NCBI GenBank assembly: GCA_950097015.1
Contig: CATNEN010000001.1
Coordinates: 13,144,001 to 13,208,000 of the forward strand
Reading direction: 5' to 3'
From: Macrostomum hystrix
Lineage: Eukaryota > Animalia > Platyhelminthes
Length of the DNA stretch: 64,000 bases
Part shown: positions 12,429 through 23,637 of the stretch, piece after piece
How the letters are laid out: every line of letters starts with the position of its first letter
Numbering within the stretch: the first letter of the stretch is position 1
Notes under the pieces: generated by a model
What the model saw: only the letters and a program-made list of their open reading frames with translations
Databases searched by the model: none
Told to the model about the DNA's origin: nothing
Program-made: the position numbers and the translations under genes

Positions 12429-13814
12429 AAGAGGTCGCGACTCAGCACCGTGATCAGTTGAGCTTCGATATGTATACAAAGACCATTTTCGTTCAGACGA
12501 CACGTGAATGTGGTAGTACCGATTCTTTTTCCTGTAAATAATTATTGGGCGGACTAAAAACACGGCAATACGCAACTCATCACATCTAAAAAAATCACTT
12601 TTCTTATATAACGCATGCAGACATTCGTTTTTGTTATTTGTTAAATCATTCTCAGAAACGTCGCTTCACTCTCCTCAAACCGTAGAAACCAGCTCGTATT
12701 GCTTTACTTTTTGTATCGCAAAAGTGTTATAACATTACATCACGTCGCCTCACTTCTTTGCTTGTGAAACTGTTACTCAATAGATCTTTATGCTTAATTA
12801 CGAACACAAGTAAACATTTTTAACCCAATATTTAGCCATTGTCACGAGGTATTTTTACATCATAGACTGACTCACTTGACTTTAGTGAGAACTAGGCTTC
12901 TTATTTGATGGGTCAAATACATATTATTTTCTAGTTTCTTTGGACTATTGAGAAACCACTTCTTTAGCTACTGTAAACCTGAGCAAAGCAATTTAATCTG
13001 ACATTTGTTTTTTTTCTGCGTCGTCGTGAATTAAAACTCCATTTCACTTTACAATTGTATATTCAATTTTTCGTTATTTTGATGGATAAGTTTTCGTCCT
13101 ATTTATAATTTTCGTGTTTTTTTGTAAAATATTTATTGCAAGTGTTGCATTAATCAAATTTATTTATTCAACTGCTACAACTGCGATGCACATGGCTGCA
13201 ATGGTTTTATTTTCACTAAGCCGCAGCTTTTACAACACGTTCAACTGTGTTACCCAATCACATGCACGCTAGACTTCATACTGACAGTAGGAGCTAGACA
13301 TGCTAGTGTCTGTTGTTTAGTTTAGATTTGATATCGATTCTGCTCCTTGGCAGCAAATGTGTTTTCGGTATGACAAAAATGATATATCGCTAAGCGAGTT
13401 TATCAGTCCAAACATGGCTTATCATCAATAATGCCTAGTTTTCGTCAATGCGTACTCATTTCGAAGCTTTGATTGTCAGCAAATATTTAACGGTGTTGTC
13501 CAAAAGGTAAATATGAGCAAACAGATACGACCGGGAGCGCTGGATATGAGCACAAGACCAGAGCTGGAATGGCCACATCGAAATACAAAGACTTGCGACA
13601 AAGACGCCGATCTCAGGAAGATGGCTAGACTGGCGAGAACCAAACAGACCACGAAGAGATGTGTCGAATTCCCACTTTTAACGTTAAATTCTATTATAAT
13701 TGTTACGAAACATTTTATAAATTTTAAAGAACAATTAGCGATGAAAAACTTATAATTACTTAGAGATAGCACTAAGTAATATTCTCTCTTAGATAGCTTA
13801 GAGATGCTTACTTA

Positions 13815-14190
13815 GAGATAGCTCCGAACACGAATGACCGATTTTCGCGAAAGTCCATCATCATCTGAATCAAAACTTTCCAGATCTTTTAACCCTTTTC
13901 GATCAAGGGAAGACCCCGTTGACAAGGACACTAACATTGCTCCGTATAAAACTCTATGACAGATCCATATTGGTTCAATAATAAAATAATAAAGAACAGA
14001 ATCAATGCAATATAATCACAATATTAGCCTGGTGCTTTTGCCACGAGACATCCCGCTGAGAATCGTTGTGTCCGGAATTGGTTTGATCTGATAGAGCGGA
14101 AAATTGAGCCCGGTGTCTGGATTTTAATAGCGATTGGTTCAATATTTTGGGAGATACAGAAATAATAAAGACGTGTGCATTTTAATTTTC
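13815..14190. mobile_element. Non-autonomous TIR element family C, partial copy
   Basis: Collinear similarity with 34119-34885 and 61241-61692 (GATAGCTCC..CGAATGAC, GAAGA....GTGACAAGGA, GCGATTGGTT.AATATTTT..GAGATACAGA). Confidence 0.75.
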
Positions 14191-14838
14191 CCTCGAGGTC
14201 TTGCTACTGGTTATTCAAATCCCTTATAGTCTGTGCATTCGGTGCATTCGGTGCGTTCGGTGCGTGTACTTTTGTCTGGCGCTTCCATTTTCCTCACGAG
14301 TTTTACCGTAAAAAACTCCTTGGCTTTTAGTTACCGACGGTCGAGAGTTCGAATTCGCTTCAATCCGGCCAGTCTCAATTGCCAGCTCTGTCAGCAGCTG
14401 CCTGTTCAACGAAACTGACTGCCGCTCAGATGGCGAGTGCCTGTCCTGGTGCGAGAGGCGAGGCTGCGCTGTCACGGTGTTTAGCGACAGCAGCAGCGTG
14501 TGCCAGATGCTAGTCATCAACGATGAGTCATTGGGACAACTGGGTCCGAGAGGAAGTCATGTGGCAAGGCAGATGGGCTCGCCTGAGGACATTGCTTCGA
14601 GAGTCTAGTTAGCCGAAGACTTTGAGCAACAGCTGCGGTTGAGACTGTTCCGAGGCCTCATTCACCTTCGGAGTGAGTTAAAAATATAACAATCATATTC
14701 GGACAGAGGGCTGTGGAGAATTCTGTCCGTCACGCTAATCCTGAGCACACGCGCTCAAAGGGGTGTAAATCTGTCCTGTCTATCTCATCACCTCAGCCAA
14801 CACTCACTGTGCCTTAGTTAGGGTTAGGGTTACAGCTA

Positions 14839-15195
14839 AGGGGTCAGTGATAGAGCGGTTAACACTTTTGCCTCTCGCACCAATGTCCCTTAGCTCGATT
14901 CCGCAGCGAGGCCACATTTATTTGAGGCGCAGCCGCGGAGAGAAGGCTTGGGGGCTTGCCACGCAGTTTATGCCTTTAAGGGCCAACCTCCAAGGCACAG
15001 TGAGAGTTTACGCTGCCTGACGATGAGAAAGTCAGGGCAGATGTACACACCTGTGTGAGCGTGTGCCTGCGTACGGTATCTGTGTGCGTGTGTGCTCAGG
15101 AGTCAGCGAAATGGGCAGAATTGCGTCCTTGTTGGCTGCGGGTCTGGTGTCACCAAATGATGTGCCATTACTCGCAGCCCTCCTGCAATTATTAA
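14839..15195 (+). mobile_element. tRNA-derived SINE family A, near full length
   Basis: A-box-like GTGATAGAGCGG, B-box-like GCTCGATTCC. Body and 3' end (..GCAGCCCTCCTGCAATTATT) are shared with three other copies in the window. Confidence 0.85.
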
Positions 15196-16147
15196 TTGTT
15201 AATTAAGAGGGTTAGGGCTTGAGTTTCCTAGCCGGATTTGAGTTCAGAAACTGTGGTATGAGAGTCGGACCGATCCGCTACTCACCCCCCTCTTCGAAAT
15301 AAGGGACGTAATCTGCTAATAGATTAAAAAGTTACCGTCAACCTAGCATTTGCGTACGTGGCATTGTCCTAAGCAGTCAAATCTTTGTCTTTCCCACGTG
15401 TTTCAGACGTCCGCACGGGCCGTCTTGGATTTGTCCAAACATTCGGAGCTGCTGGAGGAAGTGCGAGCCAGGTCCTTGGACTAGATCCGGGCGTCATGCC
15501 CAGCTTGTCTGGATTCATGCCAGGAGGCAAAGGCGCCTCAGCCTCTGGCAGCTTCAACCTTTCTGCTGGCGCACTGCTCAACATTGTTGTCGGTCAGGCT
15601 GGCGACAATTCTACCTGCGACTGCGGCGCCAGCGGCGGCGGTGGCAGCTTTGTTTACATCAGCAACGGCGACAATAGCGGCGCTCAGCTACTGCTAGCAG
15701 CCGGTGGCGGTGGCGGAAGTTCGACACTGTATCCAGGTAGGCTCTTCAAACACAAGATGCAGGTAAATGTCCTCAGAGCCTCAGAGCGTCGAATGCATAT
15801 CTCTAGCGCGCAGTCTCTGGAACTCTTAAAGGCAACAGTGGGATCGGAGGTGCAAGTGGCACGGACTCGAAGGGGCGGTGCTGGCGGCCGACCGGGCCTG
15901 GTGGCCTCAGTCGCGAATCCTATATTTCCTGGCTCCTCTGGTGGCGGCGCCGGGGCCGGCTGGAACAACTCGGCAGACTTCAGCGTTGCCAACTTCACGC
16001 ATCCCGGTGGTCCCGGCCGCGGCCGCTTCGAATGGCTGGCTCGGCGGCGCTCGTTAGCGTCCTGCCTCCTGCCCTATTGGCGACGGTGGCTTCGGTGGAG
16101 GCGCCGGCAACGGCTGCTGCTCTGTCTCTCTGCCGGGCTCCAGCGGT

Positions 16148-16590
16148 GGCGGCGGCGGCTTCAGCGGCGGAGGCGCCAGCTCTGATCCTAGCCAGGCTGG
16201 AGGCGGCGGCGGCTTCAGCGGCGGAGGCGCCAGCTATGATCCTAGCCAGGCTGGAGGCGGCGGCGGCGGAGGCAGCGGAGGCGCCAGCTATGATCCTAGC
16301 CAGGCTGGAGGCGGCGGCGGCGGAGGCGGCGGAGGCGCCAGCTATGATCCTAGCCAGGCTGGAGGCGGCGGCGGCGGAGGCGGCGGAGGCGCCAGCTATG
16401 ATCCTAGCCAGGCTGGAGGCGGCGGCGGCTTCAGCGGCGGAGGCGCCAGCTATGATCCTAGCCAGGCTGGAGGCGGCGGCGGCTTCAGCGGCGGAGGCGC
16501 CAGCTATGATCCTAGCCAGGCTGGAGGCGGCGGCGGCGGAGGCGGCGGAGGCGCCAGCTCTGATCCTAGCCAGGCTGGAGGCGGCGGTGG
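16148..16590 (+). repeat. 54-bp in-frame coding tandem repeat, 8 units (GGGGGFSGGGASYDPSQA)
   Basis: GATCCTAGCCAGGCTGGA recurs every 54 bp from 16184 to 16562. Confidence 0.95.
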
Positions 16591-17559
16591 CTCCTTCTGC
16601 AGCGGCTTCAACTGTGCCACCGTCACCGGTGCCAACTTTGAGCCGCAGGGCCGCGTGCTGCTGAACAGAACCGGCAGCAGGTGCGTCTGAGACTGCACCA
16701 GGAACCTGAGAAGTGAAGAAAATATGCAATTATAACAATTTTGGACAGGTGGGTCTTGATCTAAACTTTTAGCTGGCCATCGACTATCAACGCCCAGGTG
16801 TTCCATAATGTTTGAGACTTGTGCTGAAACTCATGAGGCTTGAACCAGTATTGTCAGTTTAGTCTATGGCAAGATCCGCACAAGTTTGTGGCACTGCTCC
16901 GTTGGCTACTTTTGTGAAACCAGCTTCAACATCAAACATTGTGGAATATCCATAGTACCTGTCTGTCTATATCAAGATATTTATGTGAATACTGTTCCAT
17001 ATTTATCAGTTTAGTAATGCATCAGGCCCTAGAAATAAAAGTTTATCCGACCGTCGCAGCAAACGTCAGTCAGCTGCTGACTGAAACTTTAAATTTTTTG
17101 AAAGTGAGGAAACATTTTCTCTATAACAAGTTTTTAATCTGAGCTTGCAATCCAACAATGTTGCGTTAACGTTTCGGAAGGTAAAAACTGAAATATCTAG
17201 AAACTAAATCAATGCAGGCCAATAAAAAAATAAATAAATGCTTTGATGCGAATTTTACTACTCAAGTAGCTGCACTGACTACTGAAAATGTTTTTCGTTA
17301 CCGATTTTTTAAATTACCGATTCGTATTTTAATGGAAACTTGTCATGGTTGTCAGAAGCTAGCACACTGATAGCGAAGATACGAGCTAATCTTTTAATTT
17401 AAACAATTGATGAGAGGGAATAGCAAGTCTCACTACATATTATTATCAGATTTAGCATTTTAAAGGCTCGCTGAAGAGGACGACCTACTTCATTCCTGCG
17501 GACTAATATTTGTTTAAAAACTTGTTGTTTGTTTGTTTTTAAATTGTTCACTTTATCCG

Positions 17560-19210
17560 TCACTGGCAAGTGCCGTAATCATTAAGAAACTTGATGGAGA
17601 CAAAGCCATTGTTGCCTGTCCAGTTGCCGCCACCGAGGAGGCAGCCGCCCCAGCAGAAGGAGCCGCCACCGCCGCCGCTGTGTTGGTAGTTCACTCCCGC
17701 GCCACCACCGCTGAAGCCGCCACCAGCGCCGGGAGTTCCGCGGATCGTTGTGATCTTTAAAATGGTGTCCGAGTTGCTGATAGAGCCGTCACCGCTGCTG
17801 CTGCTGACGCTGCTGGCCCCGCCGCCGCCGCCGCCACCGCCGAAGCCGCCATGGCAGGTACTGTTGCCACCAGCTCTGCCGCCGACCCAGCCGTCTGCAA
17901 GGCTGCCACCCTGCTCACCGTCGAAGGAGCTCCGCCTGGGGCTGACGGCCTTGCCCAGCCAGCCGGCGCCGCAGCCGCCGTGATTGGCTTCGCTGCTGGT
18001 TGTTCTGGGGTCGTTGGATCCCGGCTGGCCGTTGATGCCACCGAAGCCCTGAAAGAGGGCATCGCCAAGGCTGTCCGATCCGTTGACTCCTAGCTGTCCA
18101 GGCTGGCCTGTGGGTTTTCATGACAGTAATGTAAGGAAGGATCTGCCCTGACTCCTAGTCGTCTGGAAATGCACTCCCTCACTGCACCCTCGGCAGCTGC
18201 ACCAAACATGAATGTCGCCTCGCCACTGATTCAAGCTCAGGTACCTTGGTGCGAGAGTCATTCGTTACCGCTCCACAACTCAACCCCCTGACCTGTGGCT
18301 TATGTCAGCCCTGTCAGATTAACGGCATCGTTGTTCTCATTAGTTCCGCCAACTCACCATCACTAGAACTGGAAGCGCCACCGCCACCGCCAGCGGCTAG
18401 AAGCAACAGCAGCTGCCTGTTCGAGCTGCGGTACACGAAGCTGCCGCCGCCACCACCGCCTCCTTCGTACTTCCCGGAGGTCGAGCCGCCGCTCTGGCCA
18501 ACAACCACAGTCAGCTGACTGCCGGCCGTCAGGTTGGCTTTGGCGCTCACCCGAGCACCAGGACCGCCGACTGTGCGCATGAGACTGTTGTTGCCGCCTC
18601 TGGCGCCTGCGGCCTCGATCAGGTAGCAGCCACTGGTTGTCAGGACGATTTGAACTGAACCGTTTGAGAAATTGTAGTCGGCTGCAAAATATTAGGACTT
18701 TTAGTTATATTTTATTTTCTTTCACACCTCTAAGGATCACTACTCACCCTGTGATGCCACAGTGGGTGATGAAGATTCACTGTCATCAGCCTTCCAAACT
18801 TTGGCACCCTTTTCGGATCCCAGGACCTTCAGGGTTTGTCCACCCGCTCCGTTTGGCTGCGCGCCACTTTGGACGGTCACGATCTCGCAGGTTTGTCGAC
18901 TCTCCATGGACACCACTGCGGTACAGTTCACCTGCTGGCACTGAGCAAGGCAGTCAATGTCGGACCTGGTTGAGGTGACTGTGCTCAGGCTATTGTTGTA
19001 GTTCAACCCGGATGCAAGTAGCATGAGTTGAGTCTCTTCTACTATCGAGTACTGCCTGGACGATGTGCCGTAGGTCATTGGCACCGAGCTGAAAGCTGTT
19101 TTTGTAATTTTCTGTCAGTTCAATGAACTTCAACTCTTGACAAGTATACAAAACTCACCTTGTAGCAGCACTATTAATTGGCTTAGCCAGATTTTGTTTG
19201 CAAACTTCAT
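17560..19210 (-). CDS. Secreted PAN/Apple-like + ALK/LTK-type glycine-rich domain protein, 4 exons, intact
   Basis: Exons 19210-19159 (MKFANKIWLSQLIVLLQ), 19095-18748 (DCLAQCQQVNCTAVV...CEIV), 18681-18358 (NGSVQIVLTTSGCYLIEAAGARGG...VVVGQSG..GGGGGGSFVY...LLAAGGGGG) and 18107-17560 (GGCGAGW..GWVGG..GGFGGGGGG..GGGFSGGG..GGGGGSFC..NGFVSIKF..CQ*). All introns are GT-AG, phase 1, and the frame is open. Confidence 0.88.
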
Positions 19211-20115
19211 AGTTTACTTTTAAGACCTTCTTAAAGTTGTGCTTTCGTCTGATAGAGTTTGATAGACTTTTCAAAGGTGAATCGTCTTCCTGGTAAGTTT
19301 TCTTTCCAATTTATTAGCTTGAGTTGACTCGCTTTCAAATTGTCATTCCATTGTTCCATTTTCATTTCGTCTGCCTTTCACTGGCCACTTTTGGTCTGAA
19401 AAAATGTTTAAAGCTCACTTTGATGCCTTCTTTCAAGAAACTTTGCCAAACTGCTAAACTATTTGTTTTTTTGCAATTGAGCAGAGCCGCGGCTGTCAAT
19501 CAGGCCCACCTGAGCCCACCTGGTGGGAAGAGCAGAAAAACCCAGAAGTTTTCTCTTTAGAAATTTCAAAACAACAGAAGAGCCTGACTCTGAAGCCATG
19601 AATATTGAATTGAATGGGATTTCGCGCTGCCACATCTTGACAATGATGATGCCAAGTTTTAAAGGGTTTTTTCTATACGCAAGAATTGGTCTTGAATTTC
19701 TTCTGACAGCAAAACTTTTTGGCAAAGAAGTACACGAGTCTGGGATTTAGGGTGGTTCGTAAACTTGTTTTCAGAATCAATACTCTTTTCTGTGACACAT
19801 ATTTTGCTTCCAATTGTCTTAGCTCGTACTATTTTGAGTAGTCTGTCGATCATCTTTGAAAAGAATGCGAGTACTTTTCTAAAATGAATTTTTTTAAATG
19901 TTAATTATCGTTATTTTTACCGTCTAAAAATATTATCAAATGATGAAGCTTAATTGCTTTGATTCCCGAAATGATTTCAATGATTAAATGACTAACCAAT
20001 TAGAACAGCTATCAACACTGAGATTTTTGCCTTTTTTGGCTTTGAAGAGTAAAAGCTTCTTCTGTTGTAGTTAGCCTACGCATGTTGAAACGAGGCTGAA
20101 ACCATGGAGGAAAGA

Positions 20116-20235
20116 ATAGAATGGAGTGCCAATCTGAGCCGGTTATTTTTGTTTCGCTCGATCTTCACTTTTAACATCCCGTCCCCCCCGTTCCTTCCTA
20201 TTGGCTCGTGACTGCCATAGACGAACTCGTTTTCG
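20116..20235. mobile_element. Solo terminus related to the TIR of the 8181-8866 element
   Basis: ATAGAATGGAGTGCCAATCT...CCCCCCGTTCCTTCCTATTGG..TGACTGCCATAGAC parallels ATAGAATGGATTGCTATTCT...CCCCCCGTGCCTTTTCATTGG..TGATTGCCATAGAC. Confidence 0.55.
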
Positions 20236-20579
20236 TCCCCCTCTACGCACCTCAACGTTTAAACTCGTTTCAGCCCTCTGCAGCCTATCAATATTGGTAT
20301 ATTATAGCATTATAAAATGCCGTAAGATAATTTGACAATTCGTCCAATTTTTTCAAGCCAACCTGTGAGAAAGCCCTCAAAATAGACGAGAGTCAGTTAT
20401 TATATTGCATGTGTTAGATCGCGTTAGATGGATCGCAATTTACTCTAGTTGAGTTAGTTACTTTTCTTGCCCATTTTCGTCTCTGGTCTTAGGCATCCAG
20501 CCTTAGTGCTGGTTTGGTTGTCAGGCTCCCTCAAGGGTTGTAGCAGGGTCTTTTTGCGTTAGGCCTGCTTGGAATCGCC

Positions 20580-20670
20580 TAGGAATTGCCACGGAATTGC
20601 CGCGGAATTGCCACGGAATTGCCGCGGAATTGCCACGGAATCGCCATGGAAGTGCCACAGAATTGCCATG
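20580..20670. repeat. 11-bp tandem repeat (GGAATTGCCAC/GC)
   Basis: About 8 units. Confidence 0.9.
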
Positions 20671-21514
20671 CGTAATGCTCATGCGTCCATGATCTGGGGA
20701 CCGTCTTTTTTTCATTTTATATTTTTTTCAACATGTCTCTGTAGAGTTGCTCCGTCCAGAGCCCTGTTCCTAATCAACTGTATTAGGAACAGGGCTCAGA
20801 AGCTTCGCGACCGGCACCCTTTCGTTTTAGGAATTAATATTGAATCATCAAATATTGGTACTTCAGCGTAGACGACGTGTATATATTTAACATTTGATGT
20901 TTCGAACCTCACGAACAAAATATTTCACAGAAAGATTAGGTCAGACTAGGTCATCTCCTCGATCTTTTACAGGACCCTGAGATACTGGGTACCTGTCATC
21001 CACTGATACTTCTTTCCAGCATGCCATTCATTGAAAATCTTCATTGAGCCTTCTTTCTAGCTTTTCCAGGTTAACGATTCGATTTTCGTCTGAGGTAGCT
21101 TGCAAGACTTCTAAGCCTACGACGAAGTCATCGTAGCCGTCTAAGCCATTTTATGATCTCCATAATCAGCATATCTGGTGACAACGGTTGAATTCTAATT
21201 TTTGCTGACATATTTGTATTTAGAAATTGTTTTAATAAAATATTCTGTGCACATCGGGTGGGGTGCACATGTGGCCCAATTGGGGCAGGTGTAAAATAAA
21301 TTAATTTCTATACTTCGCTCGCACGAGCGTATACACCATTTTACCTCCTGTCTTGAACAAGGTCTGGTTCAGAAGAATTAAAGTTCTGCTTGTTTATTTT
21401 GAAACAGACTTTCACAATAAGAGGTAAAATTGTGCAATTCCCCCTGATTTCGTTTCTATGGCCGAGGGATGGCTGAGGACTCGTTTCTTGGCCGAGGCGA
21501 GGCCGGGTGGTATA

Positions 21515-22843
21515 CCGGGTGGCCCATGCGTTTAAGGACAACTTAAAAATAATCAAATGTATATACATTTTAAATATAAAAACAACCAACAAACGAAAAC
21601 TTTAACATTTTAACTGACCGCCATAATGTCTAGATGGCAACTAAGAATAACATTTACTCAATGTAGCCCCCCTCCGCTGCATACACGGCTTCAATGCGAG
21701 ACCGAAACTTGGTACAGGCACCTCTGATGACGGCAGGGCCCTGAGCTGACCAGGCAGCACTAACAGCTACTTGGAGAGTCTCCACGGTAGCATAAGTTGT
21801 TAAACATGCAACGCGGGCCACGTTGTTCCACACAAAGTAATCGAGAGGGGAACAGTCTGGACTCGATGGTGGCCAAGTGGTCGCATCCCAGAAGTCCTCG
21901 CCGAGCTCCCGGCGAAGAAATTCTTGCGTAGCGACAGCCGTGTGGGCAGGAGCGCCGTCATGCTGAAAAACAAACGTACCTGGGGCAAAGTTGTGTCGAA
22001 TCCATGGCAGTACATGATCCTGCAGCATGCGGATGTACTCGGCTGAGTTGATTTTCACTCCAGCTGGTACCCAGATCGGGGGAGCCACCCTGCCGTCCGA
22101 AGCCACGACACCAAGAAACATGGCACCTTTGGCATGTTGCTGGCGAGGCATGAAGCGGTGTTCCTCCGCAGCAGAGCTGGAGTCTCCTGACGGTGCCAGA
22201 TATCGGTCATTCTGTCGATTGAAGGCCCTGTCGACGGTCCAGAACTTCTCATCGCTGAAGATCAGAACCTTCCCGGCGTCCGGTCCTTTCAGTCGGTTGA
22301 TTAATTGACGGCACCGTTCTGCTCGAACAGATCTGGCAGTTGCTGTTAATGCCTGCGATTCTTTAATCTTATACGAACTGAGGTCAAGGTCTTCGTGTAC
22401 CAGCCTCTGCATCGTGCTCCTTGAAACACCACTTGACCTGGCAAGCTCCCTGATGGACACTCGAGGGTCAGCTTTGATCCTCTCAGCCACAGTTTCGCGA
22501 AGCTCCTCTGACCTGATTGGTCTTGGAGAGTTGTGGGGTTTCCTTTCAACTGCCGCAGCAGCTCCAACTTCTTCAATGTCGCTCTTGACGGCGTAAACAA
22601 ACGACCTTGCAACATTGAGGTTCTCTGCTATCTGTGCTGGGCTTATACCCCGCGCGAGCTGGTCTACCACCATCAAACGTTTAGCGCGATTCATGGCTAA
22701 TGCTAAGTTGCCGAAAATTTTCGCGGCAGCTACAGACTATATAGATACTATTTTGTCTATGACCAAAACTATTATGCTCTAGCTACCGCTGGCTTTGCTT
22801 TCTTCTATTTTTAAGGTTGTCCTTAAACGCATGGGCCACCCGG
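21515..22843 (-). mobile_element. Complete Tc1/mariner-superfamily transposon, maT-like
   Basis: Perfect 28-bp TIRs CCGGGTGGCCCATGCGTTTAAGGACAAC, TA on both flanks, one intact transposase ORF inside. Confidence 0.95.
21654..22694 (-). CDS. DD38D transposase (maT/DD37D-like), 346 aa
   Basis: Two N-terminal HTH regions. Motifs IFSDEK, FQHDGAPAH and WPPSSPDCSPLDYFVW. I count 38 residues between the second and third D. Confidence 0.95.
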   Translation of the reverse strand: MNRAKRLMVVDQLARGISPAQIAENLNVARSFVYAVKSDIEEVGAAAAVERKPHNSPRPIRSEELRETVAERIKADPRVSIRELARSSGVSRSTMQRLVHEDLDLSSYKIKESQALTATARSVRAERCRQLINRLKGPDAGKVLIFSDEKFWTVDRAFNRQNDRYLAPSGDSSSAAEEHRFMPRQQHAKGAMFLGVVASDGRVAPPIWVPAGVKINSAEYIRMLQDHVLPWIRHNFAPGTFVFQHDGAPAHTAVATQEFLRRELGEDFWDATTWPPSSPDCSPLDYFVWNNVARVACLTTYATVETLQVAVSAAWSAQGPAVIRGACTKFRSRIEAVYAAEGGYIE

Positions 22844-23637
22844 TATATTCTTAATTCCTTCAAATATATGCTTTTTCCTCTTTCTCGCACTCCGCTATAG
22901 CTCTCTGTAGTATTTTCAATGCTATTGCCTTTATATTTTGCATGAAGGTAAGAAAAGAATAGAGTGCCAATCTTCACCGTGCTTAATATTGTACTGCATG
23001 GTACAAAAGTACAAAAAATCTGCAAATGATTCATTGTCTTGCATGAAAAACTGCAATGAATGATAGTTAAAATATTAGACATTGATTTTTCATTAACCGA
23101 AAGCGCTGTATTTCGTTCGTAAAGAAACAACATTTTTTGCGCATAAACAACGGATTAGTATCATTAGCAATCGAGGATATAGAATGGTGAGCCTTTAGAC
23201 TGCAGTTTGCTCGCTGACAGTTGTGCCATACGGTTTGGCTAAGGCTAAAAATTGGAGAAATCGGAGATAACTCAAGTATCCTCCTAGAGGAGATGGGATC
23301 AGGATGGATAAGTGCTGCAGCTAACACAGAGGCGGTGACACACTAGAAGCAAAACTCAAAATGGGAAAACGATGCGAGATAAGCGGGCGATGGCGTCAGA
23401 TCGGTAGATCTTGGCGATTGACCTAGAGTGACGGTAGTTAGCAGTACAAAAAAGCAAGGGTTAAAGTCGCTCGGTGGAGCCCTGCCAAAAGTGACTAAAC
23501 CCGCAGCTAAGAGGAGAAGTATCTCCATCGGTGGACCGGGCCCTAGAGATTAAAGACGATTGTAGCTAACAGTCCCCCTGCTCAATCAAGAGGCTGGACA
23601 CCATAAAAGCAACCACCAACGGGTCCCAGGCCCAACG

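Larger units (their letters stand above)
14331..16690 (+). pseudogene. Pseudogene of the PAN/Apple-like + ALK/LTK glycine-rich domain family
   Basis: Exons 14331-14672, 15407-15736 and ~15832-16690 are homologous to the gene at 59396-63955 with the same intron phases. TAG at 14606-14608 replaces the paralogue's W (RV*LAEDFEQQLR vs RLWKADDFEQQLR). The paralogue's SVPFAACFRIEAF segment is missing. There is a frameshift near 16030 and a TAG at 16055-16057. Confidence 0.85.

Noticed and set aside
14606-14608. Stop-codon readthrough or recoding at the TAG aligned to Trp
   Set aside because: The same copy also has a deletion, a frameshift and a second TAG, so ordinary pseudogenisation explains it.
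14817-14832. TTAGGG telomere-like units beside a SINE
   Set aside because: Only about two units, too short to call an interstitial telomere.
15995-16729. Ala-rich ORFs (AAAAEAAEAPAMILARLE and its reverse)
   Set aside because: Off-frame readings of the Gly-rich 54-bp repeat. The homologous frame is the polyglycine one.
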